Origin: Sphagnum compactum
Lineage: Eukaryota
Direction: 5' to 3'
Assembly: GCA_965153455.1 (NCBI GenBank)
Contig: OZ234493.1
Coordinates: forward strand, 16,606,213 to 16,670,212
Length of the DNA: 64,000 nt
Every line of letters starts with the position of its first letter. The stretch's first letter is position 1. A model generated the notes under the pieces. That model had not been told where the DNA came from and did not search any database. It saw nothing but the letters and a program-made list of their open reading frames with translations. The position numbers and the translations under genes were made by a program. Shown here piece by piece: positions 56,160 to 64,000 of the stretch.

Positions 56160-59100
56160 TCACATCCTTTTGGAAGTGGAGTCAAATCTTTTCCATAGTG
56201 TGTTAAAAGGTTCTTGGATTAATGTGGCAATATGTTGCAATCCTTTCTTTTTGTTCAATCCTTCCAAACGCTGCAAAACTTCTTGCATTTCCAGTCTTTG
56301 ATTTGGGTCTTCCTGTAAGAAACAAATGTCATAAAAGTTAGATGTTTATTATGTAATTGTTATACATTACAATCAAACCATGGCCAAATGCTCCAATAAA
56401 TAGGACCATATGTTCATGTCTCAATTTTCATAACATAATTTGAACATATATCCTTCAAAAAGGAATGTAGAAACCAACTTATATTTGTATTCAACAACAT
56501 AATTTTATGTTATTTGAAACTAGGATACTCAAATTGACTTTACATATCAATCATGCAAACGGTTTAAGGAATTCCAAATGAAATTGAATGTACCATTTGC
56601 ATGTGCAAACCTTCTTAAGAAGTTTTACATTCATTAATCAGCCCAATTTAACTTATTTCACTAGTAGAAAAAGCGTGGTTTATGACTAAATTTTAGTCAC
56701 AAACAACATTTGCCACTAAAAGTTAGCCTAGTAGCAAATGACAAATTAGGAACGACGCTAGTTGCAAACAACAGATGAAATATTTGTTTTCATAGAATAC
56801 ACGTATGACAATCTTACACATGTATTCAAGGATGAGTTCTTTCGACTACACTTACAACTACAATGTACAACAATATGTTCACACCTGGTAACCTAAGAAT
56901 GTAACACATGGCATCATTTGAATTTTTTTCAACTATTCAATTAAAGCAATTTTATTGTGCCATGTGGTGGCTTAAGATTCAACGACGTGACAACTTAAAA
57001 TTTATAATCATTTAACGTTAATTTAAGGTTGGACCACTTATGATAGGCTAATTGGCACTTGAGCTAAGCCTAGGTTAGGCCACCTAACCTAATTAAGTGC
57101 CTAATGTACCTAACCTGATTTCAAGGTAAACCATTTAAAATAGGCCATGTGGCACCTAGGCTATGCCTAGGCCACCTAGCCATTGTCTAGCTTAGGTAGG
57201 TAGATACTTAGGTCTAGGTCTAAATTGTTACAACAACATACAATTTTATTTTAAATTTAACCTATTATGTGGAGCGTATGTGATTAGCTCCTCCCATATG
57301 GCAACTAAAACAATTTAATGTGTTTACACCAAATCAACCTATTTATATAGTTTGTAAATTTGAAATGGAAGACAAACAGTATGGGATAAAATTTTATCTA
57401 TAGCTCTTAGTCGCATAGTTCTAACCTAGTTACAACTATTCCTTAAGATATACTATTACATTGCCTACCTACTAGGTAGCATAAGTTTTTACTAGGTAAT
57501 AATTTAGATAATATTTATTTGAAGTCAAAATTTAAATAGTTTAAAAATAATTATTTATTTAAAATACATATTTAGATAGCCTCTAAATAAATATTTATAA
57601 TTAAATAGGCCTATTAAGTAGCTAGTGGATACGTAGGTATGTATGTAGGTACCTAATAAATAGCTGGGTAGCTAGGTAGATAAATGGTACATAGGTAGGT
57701 GTACATAGTAGGTAGGTAGGGTATATGCACCTAGTAAATAAATAGGTAGGTATATGGTACATATGTGGGTACCTAGTAATTAAGTAGGTAGGTAGGTAAT
57801 TAGGTAGGTAAGCATTTAGTAGGTAGGTATATACATATAGATAAATATGTATTATTAAATAATATATATGTGTAGTTACTAGGTAACATATGTACCTTAT
57901 GTAAGTATAATGTAACTATTTTGGTTGCATGTGCAACTAAATGTATATATGATGTTGTAAAAACAAAAAGACATCATGAAAAATCAACCTATTAAAAAGA
58001 TGAAACAGGTCATAATTGCAACGTAGTTGAAAAGAAGACCAAAATCCATCCAAATTTGAAAATTAGTTTCAGAGGCAACCATTCATAGTCATAAGCGACA
58101 TTTAGTTGCACATAGTCACACAAGGAATGGTTGCAAATGACAAGATTTCTATTAGTGTTTCACATTGTTTCAAATATTACATTGAATCCATGATTTTAGG
58201 TTTTTGAAATTTGCTTGACCACAAATTGAATGACAAAATAAAAGATTTGGCATAAGATTTACCTTGATGCATTGAAGGGAAATTTGCAAAAATGATTTGG
58301 CTTCATTTCGATCAAACCCAACAATTGAATTGTTAATTGCAACATCAAAAATTTGTTGAAATCCATCTTCTTCCTCTTGAACCTTTTGTACCCATCGGAT
58401 AAATTGGTGAATGTAAATTTCATTTCCATCTAAAGTCAATGGTGATCCATTCACAAGTCGAATCAACAATACTCCAAAGCTATACACATCACTTTTTGTC
58501 GATGCTTGATTTGAAAGAATTTCTGGTGCCATATATCCGCTTGTTCCTGGCCTAGAAGTTGAAGCTAATGCAATCTGAATTTAAAATTTCAAAAATGTCA
58601 ATAATTTCAATGGGCGTTGCATGCATTGAATATACATGTCAAAACCCATACCCAATATGGTATAATACCAATAGGAAACTTGATTTTTTTTTAATCACAA
58701 AAGTCGCAATCCTTTTGTTATTACTTGTGCACACATAAAAAGAAATTTTGTAATATAAAATTTGTAATTTCATGAATTATTATATTAAGTGTTTTCCAAA
58801 TATTCATTTTACATTGTGATTGTTTATCATATTTATTCCATGACCTATAATAATGAAAATATATAATTATTAAATTGTGGCCCACAATAGTGTTCAAATT
58901 TGCAAAGTTCATAATTGCACTAAGATATAATGCCCATGCATTTCATCAACAAAAAAAGAATGGTGGGGCACATACCACATTTTCATCCCTGCCATGTAAA
59001 ATTTTTGCCAACCCAAAATCAGCCAATTTTGGGGTGTAATCCTTATCCAAAAGGATATTTCCTGGTTTGATGTCAAGATGAACAATGGTTGGATCACATT

Positions 59101-62100
59101 TATGATGCAAATATGCCAATCCTCGAGCGACCCCTATAATGATGCATATTCGTTTGTCCCAATCCAAACGTTTATCTCCATCGAGCCATTTGTCAAGAGA
59201 TGAATTTGAAATGTATTCATACACCAACATGTGTTTTAAGCCTTTGATACAATAGCCCAAAAGACGAACCAAATTCATATGTCGAATTGATCCCAAGGTG
59301 TTCATTTCTGATACGAAAGATTTTTTTGCACCTTCATTATGTTCACCACTCCATTCCAAAACTTTAATCGCAATCATAATGCCTTTCCAACAACTTTGAT
59401 ACACCTCACCATAGGCTCCTCTCCCCAAACTTGGTCCGAAATTCAATTCATCGTATGTAAAAGATCGAATACTAGAATTTAATGGCAACGATTCTATTAT
59501 CGGTTGGTATTCATCGAACATCCATTTCAACCATTTTCGCTCTTGTTCATCATATGGTGTGAGATTATGAAGTTTATCCATGGCTTCCAATGCTGCTTGA
59601 TATTTGTTTAAACTCAAATTCATGTGGGCATAAACTATTAAAGTGAATGCATTGTTTGGTTCAAGAACATGAGCCTTGTCAAGGTCCTCCAAGGCTCCTT
59701 GATAGTCATCCAAGTTCCTTTTGATAGCTCCACGAACACTCAAAGTTAATGCATCATTTGGTTCAAGAACATCAGCCTTGTCAAGGTCCTTCAAGGCTCC
59801 TTTATAGTCATGCAACATCCTTTTGACCTCTCCACGATGTCGCAAAGTGAATGCATTGTTTGGTTCAAGAACATCAACCTTGTCAAGGTCCTCCAAGGCT
59901 ACTTGATAATCATCCAACATGTATTTGACAAGTCCACGAATTCGCAAAGTGAATGCATTGTTTGGTTCAAGAACATCAGCCTTGTCAAGGTCCTCCAAGG
60001 CTCCTTGAAAGTCATGCAACATCCTTTTGGCCCCTCCACGATGTCGCAAATTGAATGCATTGTTCGGTTTAAGAACATGAGCTTTGTCAAGGTCCTCCAA
60101 GGCTCCTTGATAGTCATGCATCATCCTTTTGACCACTCCACGACCATTCAAAGTGAATGCATTGTTTGGTTCAAGAACATCAGCCTTGTCAAGGTCCTCC
60201 AAGGCTCCTTGATAGTCATGCAACATCCTTTTGACATCTCCACGATGTTGCAAAGTGAATGCATTGTTTGGTTGAAGAACATCAACCTTGTCAAGGTCCT
60301 CTAAGGCTCCTTGATAGTCATCCAGGTTCCTTTTGATAGCGCCACGATGTTGTAAAGTGAATGCATTGTTTGGTTCAAGAACATCAGCCTTGTCAAGGTC
60401 CTCCAAGGCTCCTTGATAGTCATGCAACATTTTTTTGACCTCTCCACGAGTCTTCAAAATGAATACATCATTTGGTTCAAGAACATGAGCCTTGTCAAGG
60501 TCCTCCAAGGCTCCTTGATAGTCATGCAACATCCTTTTGACATCTCCACGACTCCTTAAAGTGAATGTATTGTTTGGTTCAAGAACATCAGCCTTGTCAA
60601 GGTCCTCCAAGGCTACTTGATAGTCATGCAACATCCTTTTGACCTTTCCACGAGTTTGCAAAGTGAATGCATTGTTTGGTTCAAGAACATCAGCCTTGTG
60701 AAGGTCCTCTAGGGCTCCTTGATAGTCATCCAACATGCTTTTGACCTCTTCACGATGTCGTAAAATGAATGCATTGTTTGGTTCAAGAACATCAGCCTTG
60801 TCAAGGTCCTCCAAGGCTACTTGATAGTCATGCAACATCCTTTTGACCTTTCCACGAGTTTGCAAAGTGAATGCATTGTTTGGTTCAAGAACATCAGCCT
60901 TGTCAAGGTCCTCCAAGGCTCCTTGATAGTCATGCAACATCCTTTTGACCTCTCCACGATGTCGTAAAGTGAATGCATTGTTTGGTTCAAGAACATCAGC
61001 CTTGTCAAGGTCCTTCAAGCCTCTTTGATAGTCATGCAACATCCTTTTAACCTCTCCACGAACATTCAAAGTGAATGCATTGTTTGGTTCAAGAGCATCA
61101 GCTTCGTCAAGATCCTCCAAGGCTCCTTGATAGTCATGCAACATTTTTTTTACATCTCCACGAACATTCAAAGTGAATGCATTGTTTGGTTCAAGAACAT
61201 CAGCTTCGTCAAGATCCTCCAAGGCTCCTTGATAGTCATGCAATATTTTTTTGACCTCTCCACGAGTCTTCAAATTGAATGCATCATTTGGTTCAAGAAC
61301 ATGAGCCTTGTCAAGGTCCTCCAAGGCTCCTTGATAGTCATGCAACATCCTTTTGACATCTCCACGACTCTTCAAAGTGAATGCATTGTTTGGTTCAAGA
61401 ACATCAGCCTTGTCAAGGTCCTCCAAGGCTCTTTGATAGTCATGCAACATTTTTTTGACCTCTCCACGAGTCTTCAAAATGAATGCATCATTTGGTTCAA
61501 GAACATGAGCCATGTCAAGGTCCTCCAAGGCTCCTTGATAGTCATGCAACATCCTTTTGACATCTCCACGACTCCTCAAAGTGAATGCATCGTTTGGTTC
61601 AAGAACATCAGCCTTGTCAAGGTCCTCCAAGGCTCTTTGATAGTCATGCAACATCCTTTTGACCTCTCCACGAGTTTGCAAAGTGAATGCATTGTTTGGT
61701 TCAAGAACATCAGCCTTGTCAAGGTCCTCCAAGGCTCCTTGATAGTCTTTTAACTTCTTTTTTACAGCTCCACGAACACTCAAAGTGAATGCATTGTTTG
61801 GTTCAAGAACATGAGCTTTGTTAAGGTCCTCCAAGGCTCTTTGATAGTCATGCAAGATTATTTTGAAAGCTCCACGAACACTCAAAGTGAATGCATCATT
61901 TGGTGCAAGAACATCAGCCTTGTGAAGAGCTTCTAAAGCTCCTTGATAGTCATCCAACATCGTTTTGACCTCTCCACGAATAGTCAAAGTGACTACATTG
62001 TTTGGTTCAAGAACATCAACTTTGTCAAGGTCCTCCAAGGCTCTTTGAAAGTCATGCAACATCTTTTTGACATTTCCACAAATCTTCAAAGTGGTTACAT

Positions 62101-62368
62101 TGCTTGGCGCAAGAACATCACCCTTGTGAAGGTCCTCCAATGTTCTTTGATACTCATCCAACATCTTTTTAACCTTTGCACGAATTCGCAAAATGAATGC
62201 ATTGTTTGGTTGAAGAATATCAACCTTGTCAATGTTCTCCGAAGCTCCTTGATAGTCATTTGACATCTCTTTTACATTTTCATGAGTCTTCGAAGTGATT
62301 GCATTGTTTTGTTCAAGAACATCAACCTTGTCGAACTCCTCCAAAGCTCCTTGATAATCATTCAACAT
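56160..62368 (-). CDS. TPR-repeat (27 units) / non-RD RLK-Pelle-type Ser/Thr kinase, copy B, apparently intact, ~1285 aa
   Basis: Exons 62368-58976 (1131 codons), 58574-58263 (104 codons) and 56312-56160 (50 codons + TGA), joined by phase-0 GT-AG introns with no internal stop. Kinase motifs GRGAYG, IAIK, SFVSE, HLDIKPGNILLD, DFGLAK, GTSGYMAPE, DVYSFG and CIKEDPNQR. No signal peptide or TM segment seen. True 5' end uncertain. Confidence 0.88.
56659..58157. mobile_element. Non-autonomous CACTA element in the last intron of TPR-kinase copy B
   Basis: TIRs CACTAGTAGAAA / TTTCTATTAGTG with TTT TSD. Same insertion site as 27750-29201, so it predates the duplication. Confidence 0.88.
59615..62368 (-). 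repeat. 102-bp coding tandem array, 27 TPR units
   Basis: 34-aa period throughout. The ORF is exactly 1326 bp (13 x 102) longer than the equivalent span in copy A. Confidence 0.97.
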
Positions 62369-62775
62369 TCTTTTGACCTTTGCACGAGTTCACAAAGTGA
62401 ATGCATCGTTTGGTTTAAGAACATGAACCTTGTCAAGGTCCTTGAAAACTTTTTCATAATTGTTTAACACATGTTTGACATAATAATAAAAATCCCTAAA
62501 ATATGTGCAATGCTTGGTTTAATAACATCATGTTTGTCAAAGTGTTCAAAAGTGTTTTCATCTTCCTTGAAAACCTTTTTTTTCATATGCACAAGTTCTT
62601 AAACTTAATGCACTTTTGGTTCATTGAACATAAACCTTGTCAAGGTTTTTCAAGGCTACTTGATAATCTTTCAACACCTTTTTTTCGCGTTTTTCACATG
62701 TGTTATTTAAATGATTCCATTGTTTGATTCATGAACACTAGCCTTGTGAAGGTCATCCATCGTTTTTTCATAAGC
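62369..62775 (-). repeat. About four decayed TPR units upstream of the ORF (also 32091-32500)
   Basis: Minus strand reads YEKTMDDLHKASVHESNN, DYQVALKNLDKV and NYEKVFKDLDKVHVLKPNDAFTL*TRAKVKR, with stops and frameshifts. The in-frame TGA at 62390-62392 is shared with copy A (32112-32114). Confidence 0.8.
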
Positions 62776-64000
62776 ATTTCATTTGTCAAGAACATGAAAT
62801 AATGGAATATATATATATATATATATATATTGAACATGAAACAAAATAATTGTGATAGAGATTTTTTTGGGGGATATTCCACCAACCTATGCCACCTTAC
62901 TTTCGTATAGATTTGAAATGTAATCATTACTTACACAATGATTAGGATACATAATTCTTATCATTGATGATTATTCCACTTAGTTTAAAGAATGTTATTT
63001 GGTAATAAACATTTCATTACATTATGCAATTTGTTCAATTCAATAAATGTAGATAAAAGATGTGCGTCCACATCAATATATATTTTTCCACTTTTTGATG
63101 GAGCTAAGGTGGCAAGCATTCTTAGGCAAAATTTGATTTAACTAATAACATTGTTTCAAGGAACTTTTAATTGTTGCAAAACTATTTTGAATAGCTAGCT
63201 AATGCGAGTTCAATTTTGTTCAAATTAAACTTTTTAATATAATCCCGTTTGAAACCTAAAAATATCGTATTCATGTTTTAGTTATCCACTCATTCCATTC
63301 ATCACAACCTTCATACCTTTCACATCCTTGATTAAGAACACAAACTTAGTTTTGACGTTGCAAGACATATTGAGTTCAAGATGATAAAAGTTTGTGTGTG
63401 AAACACATACCTACAAGTTTTGAGAAGTTGCAAAAGATGTGATGTTCAAATGACCTTGATAGTTTTTGTTGTCTTTTAGCATTGGTTGCTAGCCCAATGA
63501 AATGCATGTGAACGCTGTAGCAATCAAGAAAAACACCAAGTTAACCCACCTTAATAGAAAATCATGGTAGATGAGCATTTGTGCAAATTTGAATCATTAT
63601 AGAATCGTTACTTGAGGTCAAATATTCATAACATTACTAATGCGTTCAAGGACATGGAACCAAAGTTTTGGTGTTTGAGACCTACCAAGTTTGACATAAA
63701 AGACGTGATTATATGTGAAAAGCATTTGCACGCGGTGATTGAATGATGAACACTTCTCTTGTTGTTGCGTTGAGCCACAAAGCCGTATAAACATATGTGA
63801 AGAGATTGATGGCAATAGTGCAAGAAGGGAACCAACCTCGATAAAAGTTTGTAGCAAACTCGCGATTGCAAATTTGAGCCAAGGGAGAATTAGTACATTG
63901 GATTCCTTGCATTTATGCCGGACTCATGAACATCTTGGAAGGTGTTTCTGATTAGAGGTTGAGAGAAAGGATCCAAGTGGTCCTTCTAGGATGGTGCAAA

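Larger units (their letters stand above)
50141..64000 (+). repeat. Segmental duplication block B (runs off the window end)
   Basis: Colinear with 21198-35033; the last bases AGGATGGTGCAAA match 35021-35033. Confidence 0.97.

Noticed and set aside
59615-62368. CRISPR-like array (constant repeat with short variable segment)
   Set aside because: The variable part is only a few codons within a continuous 34-aa coding repeat. The context is eukaryotic, with no unique spacers and no cas genes.
47493-64000. Duplications as pure assembly artefacts (uncollapsed haplotypes)
   Set aside because: There are three makorin copies with private substitutions, clean novel junctions and a different upstream context (LRR gene), which favours real duplication. 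Read-depth or long-read confirmation is still advisable.

Overview
AT-rich eukaryotic genomic DNA with GT-AG introns, most likely a land plant (RLK/Pelle-type kinase, LRR-receptor exons, plant makorin). A bryophyte origin is only my guess. The window is dominated by a recent direct segmental duplication: 21198-35033 recurs as 50141-64000+, and an extra partial copy lies at 47493-50141. Each block carries a disabled makorin (CCCH/RING) gene on + and a convergent TPR-repeat/non-RD kinase gene on -. The most striking object is the TPR-kinase. It has near-identical 102-bp/34-aa TPR units (27 in the apparently intact copy B, 14 in the pseudogenised copy A). Variation is concentrated at TPR helix-A positions 5, 6, 9 and 12, and the same variable codon cassettes appear in a different order in the two paralogs. 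This suggests a candidate intracellular immune receptor that diversifies by repeat shuffling. Also present: an LRR-receptor pseudogene fused in frame to a makorin exon at a duplication breakpoint; two solo LTRs with TSDs (one with its empty site visible in the paralog); a CRE-like non-LTR RT relic; CACTA non-autonomous elements; a canonical Helitron carrying a 4x184-bp G-rich tandem array; and a dispersed ~310-bp repeat with Helentron/DINE-1-like termini. All calls come from reading the sequence by eye; no searches were run.
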